From positions 48,174,001 to 48,238,000 of the forward strand of contig NC_043014.1 of assembly GCF_006345805.1 (NCBI RefSeq): a stretch of 64,000 nucleotides of DNA. Direction: 5' to 3'. The position numbers and the translations under genes were made by a program. Shown in pieces: positions 1 through 12,616 of the stretch. This stretch comes from Octopus sinensis (taxonomy: Eukaryota). The stretch's first letter is position 1. Each line of letters begins with the position of its first letter. Below the pieces are notes generated by a model. It made no database searches. It had not been told where the DNA came from and saw only the letters and a list, made by a program, of their open reading frames with translations.

Positions 1-107
1 GTTTACTAAAGTCCAGGGATGACAGCAGACACTTGACCTTGATCTTTGTGATCATAAATTATGTTATATTAATTAAATGAAATTGCCTGTAATAATGTTC
101 ATCTTAC

Positions 108-153
108 CAACCATGACGTTTCAAAGCTCTTAAAAGTAATTTCACCATAGGAT
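108..153 (-). CDS. ATP23: ATP23 mitochondrial inner membrane protease, coding exon 2 (gene continues beyond left edge)
   Basis: tgtag acceptor and gtaaga donor; 46 nt, phase 1 in, continuing exon 1 as (H)PMVKLLLRALKRHG, matching the ATP23 'PYVKLLLDAMKHSG' segment. Confidence 0.85.
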
Positions 154-956
154 CTACATTTAAAAGAGAAGAAAGAAAAAAACAAATGAATTTTTATACA
201 AAATTGCTTTTCAGTCTGTTGGAAAATAATATCATGGTAGAATAATACAGTACATAGTGTAATAAAGGTTAATGGACAGGTTTGGAAAGACTAGAAAGGG
301 AGTGGCAGAGAGTAATATTAAGCAGCTAAAAGAGAAGCTAGATGTAAGGTGTACTAAACAAAGGAAGAAGCAGAAAGTAAGTTTTGCATACATTCTGTGA
401 AATTTCAAATTTCTCACCCTCATTTTAAATTTAAATTAATACATTCTCTAACTGGCAAAACCCACTGCAGTGAATTATTTTCTGCAATGTCATTTTTACT
501 GGTAATTTAGCGTCCAAAACGAAGACATTTGAATAGTAACCACAAGTGTAATAGGTAGAACTATATACAGATTCGACTTTGTGCAGACGTCCTAGTATAT
601 AGTTCTGCATATTATATTTATGTGGACGGTCACACCGAAGATCTACAGACATTTACGTAAGTAAAATTAAGTAATATGTTAATAGTGAAACATGTATGTG
701 AAATAATCCATATTTTTAATGCTTTTCTTTTTTCTTGCTCAATAATGTTCTGGTTGTTTGCTAAATTTTTCTTGAGAACAGTTCTTAGTGTAAGACCATA
801 GTGGATCAACTTCTAGCATAAGGGTCGTCCACATAGTGGTCATCCCTCTCATATGTATACAATAAAATTTTACTGAACCTTCAAATTTTTATATGCTAGA
901 CCACTTGTGTGAAATTGATGTTAATTAAATTAATATCAAATTTCTCACCCTCATCT

Positions 957-997
<41 letters not shown>

Positions 998-1948
998 CGG
1001 AATTCTTCATTAAGCACGCCATTTAACCCCTCACGCCTTTTAATATTTTTGCGAAATTGTATTCTACAGACGGGAATTCATGCGATTATGCAAAAACAAA
1101 ACATAAAAAGGTTTTGGTGTGTGATCTAAGGGATATTCAACCGTTATTTTTAGCACATCTCACAACCACCTTATACCCTCCTCGTTTGTTTGTCAGTTTG
1201 GACGGCTCGAAGCTACAGTAGAAGACACTTGCCCAAAATGGCACTCATGGGGACTGAACCCGGAACCATATAGTTGGGAAGCAAGTCACTTACCACACAG
1301 CCACGCCTGCGCCTATAGTACATTTTGTTTATTTTCTTCGCCGCTACAGCATGGCCAACTGAACCAATGAATGAATGGAATCAATAAAAGAATAACGTTT
1401 GTATACAGATCGTTATTTTATCAATACTAAGTTCCAACATCGGTAGCCAAGCACAAAACTTTAGGGACAGGAAATTAGATTGAGTGCCCTTTCCCAAGGG
1501 CATTAGGGGTAAATGTGAAAGGAATTACTTTTATCCAGTTCATGGAATAGCGCTCTGATGAATTTTGTCACCCAATATTATTAGACCTTTATTTCTCAAA
1601 AAACTTTCACCCCCCATCTTCCATTCTTTGCTTTCTTTTAATACAATAAACGACATTACAGACCTTGTAAGACATATGTCGCAGAACAAAAGGTAAAAGT
1701 ACTTGGTATAACGAGACTTGAACATTAAAAGTTTAAAATCCCATTATTAAAGTCCCTAACGTCTTTGACAGACAATGACAAACTGTATGTGCTGCTTGGT
1801 CTTAAAAACATTGCACTATCGCGTCTCGTCAATGAACAAGGTCAACCCGGCATCGCATTCCTTCTTCGTTTAGTTTAATTTCATTTCACAAAACATTACT
1901 TAAGAAACATCAGAAATATCAGAGGAGTAGAAAATAATGAACACTCAC

Positions 1949-2168
1949 GATTTTCCACACACCATGTCACATTAGCCTCACACTTAAATTTCTTTCCTCG
2001 ACCTTCAGTCCACATTTTTTCCCAGAAAGTTTTCCTTCTGGCACTCGCTCTGTCTGGATAGAAATTATATCCAAAATCCTCTGCGTGTTCATTTGATTTA
2101 TACCTCGATGTATCAAACGGGCTCGCTTCTCCATCATAGTTATTATTATTTGATGTCGATTCGGTCAT
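1949..2168 (-). CDS. ATP23: ATP23 coding exon 1
   Basis: MTESTS...EDFGYNFYPDRASARRKTFWEKMWTEGRGKKFKCEANVTWCVEN resembles invertebrate ATP23 N-terminus (GY.xYP.R ... KC); gtgagt donor at 1948; probable upstream acceptor (ttcatag) ending at 2188 implies a 5' UTR exon. Confidence 0.8.
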
Positions 2169-2421
2169 TTTAAGGCCAACTTGCTACCTATGAAATTAAA
2201 TAGAAATATCTCCGTTAAAGATGCAACCACTCAAAGCATTTGTCGCTGTTCTTCTAAATCTGTTCAAAATTTATAAACATTATTTCGTAATTTAATCGGC
2301 AGATCCTGAATATATCTAAGTCTAAGATTGTTTAGTAACTGGAACCTTTAATGGTTAACGAGTTTATATTTGCTATGACACGACGAATGAGTAAATATTA
2401 CACAGGTACACGTGCATGTGC

Positions 2422-2478
<57 letters not shown>

Positions 2479-2870
2479 ACTGTTTATATTCAATTATTAA
2501 CAAGTTTATTAAAGTTACTTACAAGTATTTTTTTTTAAATAAGGTATTTAATTAAAAGAAGAAAGCCAGTGACGATCAAAGAGATGATGTATTGTAAATA
2601 AATGTAATTTCATTAATTGTTGTTAGCGAAACTGAAAGTTTTTTTGGTGTGAAAATATTAAAATTAGCCGCTGACTTCATCATTCTTGTTGATATTTAAA
2701 ATATATATCTGTTTGACAAAGAAAAGGTTTACTTTGTAAAAGATATACACATGACCCTCAGATTTACTAAACAGAAAGAAACATCCCACGCGAGTTCACA
2801 TGTTGAGATTTACGGTGTTGGATAAACTAAGGGTCTTCTATAGAAATATTCCTGGCAGTGAAAAAGGAAA

Positions 2871-3099
2871 AAACAAGGAAACGGACTTTTTTAAACAACG
2901 AAAAAACAGAGTACAGGACAAACAATACAAGGAAAATTCCTCTTCATCATCTGCCCCTGGTTCGACTCAAAGTGTGGTCCTTACCTTCGAAACACACTTT
3001 GAGTCGAACCAGGGACAGCTGACGAAGGGGAATTTTCCTTGTATTGTTTGTCCTGTACTCTGTTTTTTCGTTGTTTAAAAAAAGTACGTTTCCTTGTTT
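2871..3099. repeat. Fold-back inverted repeat (~106 bp arms, 16 nt loop) between ATP23 and MRPL17
   Basis: 2871-2976 is the near-perfect reverse complement of 2993-3099. Confidence 0.9.
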
Positions 3100-3157
3100 G
3101 ATTTTATGTTCTCATCTCTCGTTGTGTTCTACGTTTATTTGTGGTGTCCTGTACTCA

Positions 3158-3372
3158 TATATATATATATATATATGTATGCATGTATATATACATGTAG
3201 ATGTATATATGTACATATATGTATGTATATATGCATATATTTTATTTATCTATTATATTATGTATGTATGTATGTGTATGTATGTATATATGTATGTGTG
3301 TATGTATGTATATATGTATGTATGTGTGTGTGTATGTATGTATGCATGCATGCATGTGTGTGTGAGAGAGAG
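3158..3372. repeat. Compound (TA)n/(TATG)n/(TG)n microsatellite
   Basis: Direct reading. Confidence 0.9.
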
Positions 3373-3669
3373 AATTTCTTTATTCACCATAAGGTTGAGA
3401 AAAAGAGGGGACGATACGGGGACAGACAAAACAAACATTGGAGGTCATGGTATCGAATGAGACGAAACGTATGAATAAACAAACAATAAAAATATACACA
3501 ATTAAATGAGAATGAGTGATTAACAAAAAAAACGAAGAGAGAGAGAGAGTGTATCTTTGTTTGTTTGTCTGTTTGTAAATAGTAGACATTTTACAATTGA
3601 CACCGGGCACAAGCACCTTTTGTCTGCGGGAAGTTTCTTAACTCGGAAAAAGCAGATTCAACGATCAAA

Positions 3670-3846
3670 ATGTTGAAGTTTGTTGTTCGTACGCGTCCAA
3701 GGTATATGAGTGCCACTCTGGGGTTCGGTGGCGGCCCTTCAGCCCGTATAGAACGACTTCGTAGAACAGTTACTGCTGTAGTCCGATATGAACGAATAGA
3801 ATCTTACTACCATCGTCTTGACGAAGCTAGAGGTTACACAGAAAGA
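3670..3846 (+). CDS. MRPL17: 39S ribosomal protein L17, mitochondrial, exon 1
   Basis: MLKFVV...GPSARIERLRRTVTAVVRYERIE...LDEARGYTER matches bL17m (GPESRI.LLR...VRHERIE...DEMRGYAEK); gtaagt donor at 3847, phase 0. Confidence 0.95.
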
Positions 3847-4461
3847 GTAAGTACCAAGAAATGTTCTGACGGGAATTCAATTTTCCATGATCGGTAGTCG
3901 GGCCCAAAACGTTAGGGACGGAGAAATAGAAATAGTGGTGGGTTTACATCGCGTACAAACAGTAAAAATTAACAATTAACTAATGATAATTAGAAATAAT
4001 TGTACAGAACCAAATAAGAAAGAAACTCATTCTTTAAGAACACAATATAATACAATGATAATAACTGTGTTTAATATTTCGGTTTTAACATTGATGTCGT
4101 TCCCTATATAAGCACAAATGTCAATCTTTCCCAAATAAATTGCACTCCATATTGGAGGTTCCGATGAAGCAATAAGGTATTATTCAGGCACCCAACTATG
4201 AGTCAACTGCATTTTATAGCAGAAACAGCTGTGAGCTATTGAAGTTCATCTCCCTAATAATAATTGTATGAAATTTTGGCTCAAAGCCAGCAACTTTTGA
4301 CGGTGAAGGTCAGTCGATTGGATCGACCCTAGTGATTGATTGGTACTTTATTTTATCGATTCCGAAAGCTGAAAGACAAAGTTGACCTCGGCGGCATTTA
4401 AAGTAAGAATATAAAGAGCTGGAAGAAATGCTACGGCCAACGAATCTTCCAGATTGCTATA

Positions 4462-4857
4462 CTCTTTACTCTCTTTTACTTGTTTCAGTCATTTGACTGT
4501 GACCAAGCTTGAGCACCGCCTTTAGTCTAGCAAATCGACCCCAGGACTTATTCTTTTGTAAGCCTAGTACTTATTATATCGGTCCTTTTTGCCGAACCGT
4601 TAAGTTATGGGGAAGTAAACAAACCACCATAGGTTGTCGAATGATGTTGGGGGGACAAACACACACACGCATATATATATATATACATATATACAACGGG
4701 CTTTTTCAGTTTCTGTCTACCAAATTCACTTACAAGGCTGTGGTCGGCCCGAGGCTATAGTAGAAGACACTTGCCCAAGGTGCCATGCAGTGGGACTGAA
4801 CCCGGAACCATGTGGTTTGTAAGCAAGCTACTTACCACACAGCCACTCCTACGCCTA
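4462..4857 (-). mobile_element. tRNA-like SINE family A, full-length copy
   Basis: Head ggcgtaggagtggctgtgtggtaag...ggttcagtccc (A/B-box-like), internal TA/TG tract, tail tgactgaaacaagtaaaagag; many related copies in window. Confidence 0.85.
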
Positions 4858-4874
4858 TCTGTAATATTCATCTT

Positions 4875-5260
4875 TTATTTTTTACTTGTTTCAGTCATTA
4901 GACTGCGGTCATGCTGGGATACTGCCTTGAAAAATTTTTAGTTCATTGAATCGATCCCAGTACTTTTTTTTAAAGCCTGGTACTTATTCCGTCAGCTCTT
5001 TTACGGAACCGCTAAGTTACGGGGATGTAAACACACAAACACAGGTTGTCAAGTGGTGCTGGGAGACAAACAGACACAAAGACACACATATATAAATATA
5101 TATATGATGGGCTTCTTTCAGTTTCTGTCTACCAAATCCACTTACGAGGCTTTGGTTGGCCCGAGACTATAATAGAAGACATTTGCCCAGGGTGCCACGA
5201 AGTGGGACTGAACCCAGAACCACGCGGTGGAAAGCAAGCTTCTTACACAGCTACACCGGC
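4875..5260 (-). mobile_element. SINE family A, diverged copy tandem to the previous one
   Basis: Same tail and body motifs as 4462-4857. Confidence 0.75.
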
Positions 5261-5487
5261 ACTTGATTGTTTCGAATTTTGAAACCAAAGCAAGCAGCTT
5301 TACGTGGGATAGGTTATCCAGTTAAATCAGACCAGTTCTTGTCTGATTTTATTTTATCAGCTTAAGAGGAATAAAAGGCAAAATTGACTTGGGCAGGATC
5401 TAATACCAAAATGTAATGATGATGAGTGCATATCGTTAAATAACTTATCTTTTAATCTTCATCTGAGTTTTATATTTTTAATTGCAG

Positions 5488-5559
5488 CTACTTCAGTTGG
5501 CCATTAAAAATGGTCCCAAAGACCCTAAAACTATGGAATTGGCTGATTATTGGTTGTTG
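5488..5559 (+). CDS. MRPL17: MRPL17 exon 2
   Basis: ttgcag acceptor, gtaagt donor; LLQLAIKNGPKDPKTMELADYWLL corresponds to '[23 protein letters not shown]'; 72 nt, phase 0/0; absent from ORF track. Confidence 0.93.
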
Positions 5560-5694
5560 GTAAGTTTGCTGGTAATTTACTTGAGAAAAACCCTTCAATA
5601 TTTAGAAATATCGGTAAAGCCAGTTGTGATGAAGATGATATTTTGAAATGAAGACAATTAATTGTATGTAACATAGGATCAATCCTCAATCTTA

Positions 5695-5872
5695 ACAGAG
5701 TTGCTGAAGCATGGAACAAACTGCCTGCGTCAGTTGTTGACTGCCATGACACTGCATCCTTTAAGGCCCTCATGCTTTCCGAAATCCGCCGAAACTACAC
5801 CTGATTATACATACACTTTAGATGAGTTGTAGTGCACCTGAGCACTGTACACAATATTTTATTATTATTATT
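5695..5872 (+). mobile_element. CR1-like LINE 3' end fragment
   Basis: RVAEAWNKLPASVV motif, 3' UTR gtgcacctgagcactgta and (ATT)n tail shared with 11057-11752 and 41222-41478. Confidence 0.75.
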
Positions 5873-6542
5873 AAACTTTGGAACCTTGATCTATGTGTAG
5901 CAAATTCTGGCCATCTTTCACTTTAACACTGCTATGATTGATAAAACAATTATTTGGTTGTTTAATAAAAGATGAAAGTAACTCTTGTACTGGGTAAATG
6001 GAGTAACAGTTTGAAGGTCAAGAAAGCATGATATTGGCTAGATTTCCTAAAACTAATATCTTGGGTTACTCCTCAGGTTCAAACCCTACTGTCAGCATTA
6101 CATGACTTCTTTATGAAACCTTAAGGGTAATAACTAAAAGTTTTCATGCTAAGTATAATAACGCCATGAAGTCATATGGCCTAATGGTTTGGGTGTTGCA
6201 TTCTTGATCACAAGATTGTGGTTTCGATTCCCAGTGTGGGAGGTGTGTTGAGTTGTTGAGCAAAACACTTCATTTCGTATCGATTCCAGTTCACTCAACT
6301 CTAAATAGGTAACCCTGAAACAGACTTCAGGGGGTCTGTTGGCCATCTAATCTACGGGTTGACATGATTCAAAAGCCACAATAATGTGAGGAAGAACATT
6401 GTGGCCAGCATTGTATAACAACATCCAATAGTCTGGTTACTACAGTGATAATAAAACCACATGGCGCTCTCTTTCTCTCGGTAGCTGTAGAAACAAATGC
6501 AACATTGGAGTACTAACCGGCGATGTTTCGTATGTCGTAGAT

Positions 6543-7117
6543 CAGATTTCCGTCGATTTCCGTAAAAAACTTTTATTTTTTTACATAAGTAATGAGAGCG
6601 AAAGAGACTAAGAGGAAGCGATTTTATGACGAGAAGGTTTCTCTTTGAAGTCGGCCTGTGTGCGTTTGATGGGGTGTGGGAGACAGACAGTATGTTGTGT
6701 AAGTGAAGTGCTTCTGTTAGTGTGTGCGAAGAGACAGAGAGAGTAATGTGTGAAAGAGAGAGATAACTGATTTTTTACTCGGTGTATGTGTATATGTATG
6801 TATGCATGTATGTGTGTGTGTGTGTGTATGTATCTATGTATGTGTGTGTGTTTATGTATGTATGTATGTATGTATGGCCGATTCATCGTAATTTTTTACT
6901 CGGTGTATGTGTATATGTATGTCTGTCTCTTCGCACACACTAACAGAAGCACTTCACTTACACAACATACTGTCTGTCTCCCACACCCCATCAAACGCAC
7001 ACAGGCCGACTTCAAAGAGAAACCTTCTCGTCATAAAATCGCTTCCTCTTAGTCTCTTTCGCTCTCATTACTTATGTAAAAAAATAAAAGTTTTTTACGG
7101 AAATCGACGGAAATCTG
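6543..7117. repeat. Long inverted repeat (~196 bp arms) derived from the MITE family at 59178-59576
   Basis: 6543-6738 is the reverse complement of 6922-7117; ORF track gives the same peptide on both strands. Confidence 0.92.
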
Positions 7118-7320
7118 TGCTACTACAACCGAAACTATGCCGTACTAACCTAATGGCCTCATTCACACCATTTTCTTCGTGTGTTGTCGGCTAAATTCTA
7201 CATATCTTGGCTCAACTGATTACCAGAAAGAAGTTCCAGATCTCATGAGAATGTTAGCTAATGTTACCCTGTTTAGGAGCTGCTGTCACCTTAACACAGG
7301 GTATTCCAATCGGGTGCATT

Positions 7321-8090
7321 CAGGGCTGGATTTATAGGGGGTTAAAGAGGGCAATTGCCCTGGGTACCTTTATTATATAAATTGTTACTTAAGGGCTGGA
7401 TTTATAGGGGTTCAAAGAGGGCAATTGCTCTGTATACCTTTATTATATAAATTATTACTTAAGGGCTGGATTTATAGGGGGTCAAAGAGGGCAATAGCCC
7501 TGGGTACCTTTATTATATAAATTATTACTTAAGGGCTGGATTTATAGGGGGTCAAAGAGGGCAATTGCTCTGTATACCTTTATTATATAAATTATTACTT
7601 AAGGGCTGGATTTATAGGGGGTCAAAGAGGGCAATTGCTCTGTATACCTTTATTATATAAATTATTACTTAAGGGCTGGATTTATAGGGGGTCAAAGAGG
7701 GCAATAGCCCTGGGTACCTTTATTATATAAATTATTACTTAAGGGCTGGATTTATAGGGGGTCAAAGAGGGCAATTGCTCTGTATACCTTATTATATAAA
7801 TTATTACTTAAGGGCTGGATTTATAGGGGGTCAAAGAGGGCAATAGCCCTGGGTACCTTATTATATAAATTATTACTTAAGGCTGGATTTATAGGGGGTC
7901 AAAGAGGGCAATTGCTCTGTATACCTTTATTATATAATTATTACTTAAGGGCTGGATTTATAGGGGGTCAAAGAGGGCAATAGCCCTGGTACCTTTATTA
8001 TATAAATTGTTACTTAAGGGCTGGATTTATAGGGGGTCAAAGAGGGCAATAGCCCTGGGTACCTTTATTATATAAATTATTACTTAAGGG
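7321..8090. repeat. Minisatellite, ~11 x 70 bp
   Basis: Unit aagggctggatttatagggggtcaaagagggcaat...ttattatataaattattactt starting at 7321, 7391, 7461, 7531 etc. Confidence 0.97.
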
Positions 8091-8265
8091 GTGCGAGGAC
8101 ATATTAAAGGTTTTTAGGGGTGTGGGGCGTAACCGAGGTTGGGAACTATTTCCTTAATAGTTCACAATTAGTAACTACAACAATTCCATTCATTTATTTA
8201 GTGTTTTATGTGTTCATTTTTGTCATTTGTTTAATCTAATAATCTTTTTTTTTTGTATTTTCCAG

Positions 8266-8404
8266 GAAAAGGACTTGGTATTAAAACTGTTTAAAGTGTT
8301 AGTCCCTCGCTATTCTAACTACACCACCAGTTTTACAGACATGTACAAACTGCCAACAGTTTATCCAGGAAAAGATGGAGCTCTTGGAATTCTAGAATTA
8401 AAAG
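8266..8404 (+). CDS. MRPL17: MRPL17 exon 3
   Basis: Polypyrimidine tract plus tccag; EKDLVLKLFKVLVPRY...GILELK(G); gtagat donor, phase 1. Confidence 0.95.
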
Positions 8405-9473
8405 GTAGATTCATAAATATGATGTTGGACAGTAAACAGTGACTGAGTCAACATGTATGTTTGTGTTTACTGTATACACACGTGCCTCCCTTCTTATCCA
8501 TGGTCTATATCAGTCATGGCTGCCTGTGGCCCAAAAGAGGAACTTCTGAATGATACCTCATGAAAAATTACCTTCAGTTCTTTTAGTATTGTGGCCCACA
8601 AGGTTGCCTTGTCTCATGCAACCTGCTTCTCAAAAAACTTTACTCATCCCTGGTCTATATTTTTCCTTATACTTGTTTTCCTGTATGTTGTGAGTATGTT
8701 ACCCCAATCTTTCTCCCTTCTGGCTATTCTCACCCACCCTTGCAGAAAATGAGGAAGCCATGTATTTTCTTTATAGCAAGGTACCTGTGCTTGTCCCTCT
8801 ATCATATTGTAGCCTTCGACACCATGTATAATGCCATCTCTTTCTGAAATACACTTCCAGAAAATGGTACTAGTGCAGGTGCCACATAAAAAGCACCTGG
8901 TACACTCTGGAAAGTGGTTGATGTTAGGAAAGTATCCATTCGTAGAAACCATTCCAGAACTAACAATAGAACCTGGTGTTTGCCCTGGCCTTACTAGCTC
9001 CTATCAAACTGTTCAACCCATGACAGTGTTGGATTTTTTATAAACATGGCATAAAAAAATAACCGATGTCTTAAAAGAATGAGTGTCGTGGAGTTTAGTT
9101 ACATCCCACAAACACTGAAGTTTTTCCCAAAACTCAGGGTTTTTATAACTGCTCAACTTGACTTTAAAGAATCGAAATCACATAAAAATATTCTTTAACT
9201 AATTCTTAGAATTCCTATATGAGCAGTTATTTCAACCGATGGGAAAACGTCAATCGTATTTCTTCGGCAATACATTACGTCATATTGCCAGCTACCACAA
9301 ATTGGCGCTACTGTCTGAAAATGGTTACACGCTACAACAGCATAGAAAAAGGATGTTTAATGATGATGATGGCGTCCACTCAGACATGAAAGCTTTTTTC
9401 CTTTTCCTTTCTTTAGTTTTGCAAGTTACTTGGTGGCCTTGCTTGTATCAATGTCACATGAAATGCAGTCAGT

Positions 9474-9692
9474 AAGGTGGCGAGCTGGCAGAAATGTTAG
9501 CACGCCGGGCGAAATGCGTAGCCGTATTTTGTCTGCCATTACGTTCTGAGTTCAAATTCCGCCGAGGTTGACTTTGCCTTTCATCCTTTCGGGGTCGATT
9601 AAATAAGTACCATTTACACATTGGAGTTGATGTAATCGACTTAATCCGTTTGTCCCCTCTGTGTTTAGCCCCTTGTGGGCAGTAAAGAAATA
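9474..9692 (+). mobile_element. tRNA-like SINE family B
   Basis: Head ggcgagctggcagaa...gagttcaaattcc, core gcctttcatcctttcggggtcgattaaataagtacc; many copies in window. Confidence 0.8.
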
Positions 9693-9785
9693 AGTACGCT
9701 CTGTAAAGTGGTTGGCAATATGAAGGGCAACCAGCCATAGAAACTATGAAAAAGCTACATTGGAGCTTGATGTTACTCTGTGGCT

Positions 9786-10200
9786 TCATCATCATCATCA
9801 TTTAACGTCCGCTTTCCATGCTAGCATGGGTTGGAGGATTTGACTGAGGACTGGCGAACCAGACTCCAATCTGATCTGGCAGAGTTTCTACAGCTGGATG
9901 CTCTTCCTAACGCCAACCACTCTGAGAGTGTAGTGGGTGCTTTTACATGCCACCAGCACAAGGGCCAGTTTGGTGGTACTGGCAACGGCCATGTCGAAAT
10001 GGTGCTTTTTATGTGCCACTTGCATAGGAGCCAGTCCAGCAGCACTGGCAACGTCCTCGCTCGAATGTTTCACGTGCCACCAGCACAAGTGCTAGTAAGG
10101 CGACGTGGTAACGATCACGTTCGAATGATGTGCTTAACTTTCCACCAGCACGAAGGCCAGTTTGTTGCTCAGGCAACGATCGTGGCTTGTTGGACCCTAA
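9786..10200 (-). mobile_element. RTE-LINE 3' UTR-derived repeat with (GAT)n tail
   Basis: Matches 26200-26583 in reverse orientation. Confidence 0.8.
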
Positions 10201-10809
10201 ACTCTCCTGCCCATGCCAGCATGGAAAACAAATGGTAAATGGTGATGATGATTCATCACACATCAAAAAAATGATGAAGGTGGGACAAAGCTCTCAAGTG
10301 TAATTTAAAGTCACCTGGCAGGAATATTGTAAAGAAAGAAAGGGCAAAATCAGCCAGCATGCAGTGACGAACAGAGAATTGCCTCTACCAAAGATCAAAC
10401 GGCACAAAGGTCATTGTGTACTGACGTCAGATTAAGGGCATTTTGGTACTACTGAGTCGGCAGAAAATTCATTTGTTATTGGATGTTTTAGCTGAGAAAG
10501 TTTCTGTTTTAGTGCTACACAAAAACCTAGATATAAATCACTGCAGAATCTAATAGAGAGAGAGAGAGAGAGAGCTGATGTTCATAATTACCAACTGAAA
10601 AAGTAAAGTTACATTTTTTTGATATATCATATTTTATCTATGATGTAAAGGGACATAACTATATTTTACCTTTTCCCTTTCAATACATTTTACCAATTTT
10701 CTCTGCTTCTTTGTTTGTGTGCGCACATCTGTGTTGATTCATCTATGGTCCTTATTTGAGCTGATGTCTCCACCAATAATCCATTAACAAGGTAATAAAT
10801 ATGACACAA

Positions 10810-11012
10810 AGGTGACAAGCTGGCAGAAACGTTAGCACGCTGGGCAAAATACTTAGCAGTATTTCGTCTGTCGCTATGTTCTGAGTTCAAATTCCACCGA
10901 GGTCAACTTTACCTTTCATCCTTTTGGGGTCGATTAAATGAGTACCAGTTACGCACTGGGGTCGATATAATCGACTTAATCCGTTTGTCTGTCCTTGTGT
11001 GTCCTCTGTGTT
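10810..11012 (+). mobile_element. SINE family B
   Basis: Same head and core as 9474-9692. Confidence 0.75.
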
Positions 11013-11056
11013 TAACGGTAATATGACACTCAGCGCATACCTTCACTAGTGTCTTA

Positions 11057-11752
11057 TAATAATGAAATTATTGTATACAGTGCTCAGGTGCACCACAACT
11101 TGTCAGAAAGTGCATATAAAGTACATGCAGTAATGTAGAAATGTCTGGAAAGTGAACAGTGTATGAGTCAGATACATGCTTGTGTGTGTATGGAGGGGAG
11201 AAAATCAAGTGTAGTGTTGGCGAATCTCAGGAAGCATGGAAGTTTTGAAGGATGCAGTGCTCCGACAACTAACAACCGATGCCGGCAGTTTGTTCCATGC
11301 TTCAGCAACTCTCAGCATGAAAAAATGTTTCCTGAAGTCATGGGAGCTGTGCTGTTTCCTTACTTTGTAAATATGTCCACGGGTGTTAGATGGGTGGAGT
11401 TTGAAGAGGTGCTCAGAGTTATTGTTTGTGCAATGGTTGATAATTTTATGGGTGTCTGCCAAGTCAGCTGCCAGACGTCGGGGAAGTAAGGCGTTCAGGA
11501 TATGGCAAATGCCTGATGGAGGGTATTCTTTTGGTTGCACGTCGCTGAACAGCTTCCAGACGATTGATGTCCTGGGCAAGATAGGGGTTCCAGACCGGTG
11601 ATGCAAATTCCAGGTGAGGTCTTACCATAGCTATATAAAGCCGCAGATAGATAGCCGGAGAGCGGCTCACAAAGGATTTGGTGAGTGATGCCAAGACACC
11701 CTCAGCCTTCTTGACAATTTTAGCAATGTGTTTTGTCCAACGCAAATCACTG
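11057..11752 (-). mobile_element. CR1-like LINE, truncated ORF2 C-terminus and 3' UTR
   Basis: LYIAMVRPHLEFASPVWNPY...LEAVQRRATK and TRGH..K...FF..RV.EAWNKLP motifs typical of CR1/L2-group ORF2; rearranged and frameshifted. Confidence 0.85.
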
Positions 11753-12034
11753 TCTTGCACTAGCATAACAGCTCGTTCTGCCATTGAATATATTTAGAAA
11801 TTAAGAGATAAAGGAGAGACTGGCATCATTACATGGGTAGTACTAGATAAGACACCAACATTTAAAAAGGGGTCTAAGAACTGTTACTGCTGTCTTACAG
11901 AAAGATTTCATTAATACTCACAGCTCAACTTCAAATTTAAGCAAGAAAGGAACTTATCTCAATCTGCAGACAGATGCTCATATTCTTCCTCAATGAATTT
12001 CAATGCATAATGAATATTTGACATTCAAGGACCT

Positions 12035-12412
12035 TGTGCCCCGTGCTAGTAGGATGCTAAGAGCACCATCCGAGTGTGATCGTTGCCAGAGTGGCTAACT
12101 TGCTTCTATGCCGGTGGCATGTAAGAGGCACCATTCGAGTGTGATCGTTACCAGCATCGCCTTACTGGCACCTGTGCCGGTGGCATGTGTAAAAAGATTC
12201 AAGCGAGGTTGTTGCCAGTACCGCCTGACTGGCCCCTGTGCCGGTGGCACGTAAAAGCACCCTCGGAGTGGTTGGCATTAGGAAGGGCATCCAGCTGTAG
12301 GAACTCTTTCAGATCAAGATTGGAGCCTGGTGCAGCCATCTGGCTCACCAGTCCTCAATCAAATCGTCCAACCCATGCTAGCATGGAAAGCAGACATTAA
12401 ACGATGATGATG
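12035..12412 (+). mobile_element. RTE-LINE 3' UTR-derived repeat
   Basis: ggaagggcatccagctgtag...cccatgctagcatggaaa...(GAT)n. Confidence 0.8.
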
Positions 12413-12616
12413 AAGGACCATGTGATTACTTGAAAGTGCACAACAAACAATTAAAAAATTAATTAGCAGGTTTGTCTTCTCATCAAGTTGAATATCAAAA
12501 TAATTTGAATGTCTCTTGTCAGGTTTTGTACATGTTTAAAAAAATGTTTTTTGCTAAAAAGTATTGTGATTTTTTAATGCTATTTCAACACATTTTCATT
12601 GTTGTATGTTTTGCAG

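Noticed and set aside
7321-8090. Regular array resembling CRISPR
   Set aside because: Units are head-to-tail with no unique spacers, no cas genes, and it lies in a eukaryotic intron
9821-10266. Recurrent ORFs with FLQLDALPNANHS / WHVKSTHY peptides (many loci)
   Set aside because: Translations of the non-coding LINE 3' UTR repeat in both orientations, not a gene family
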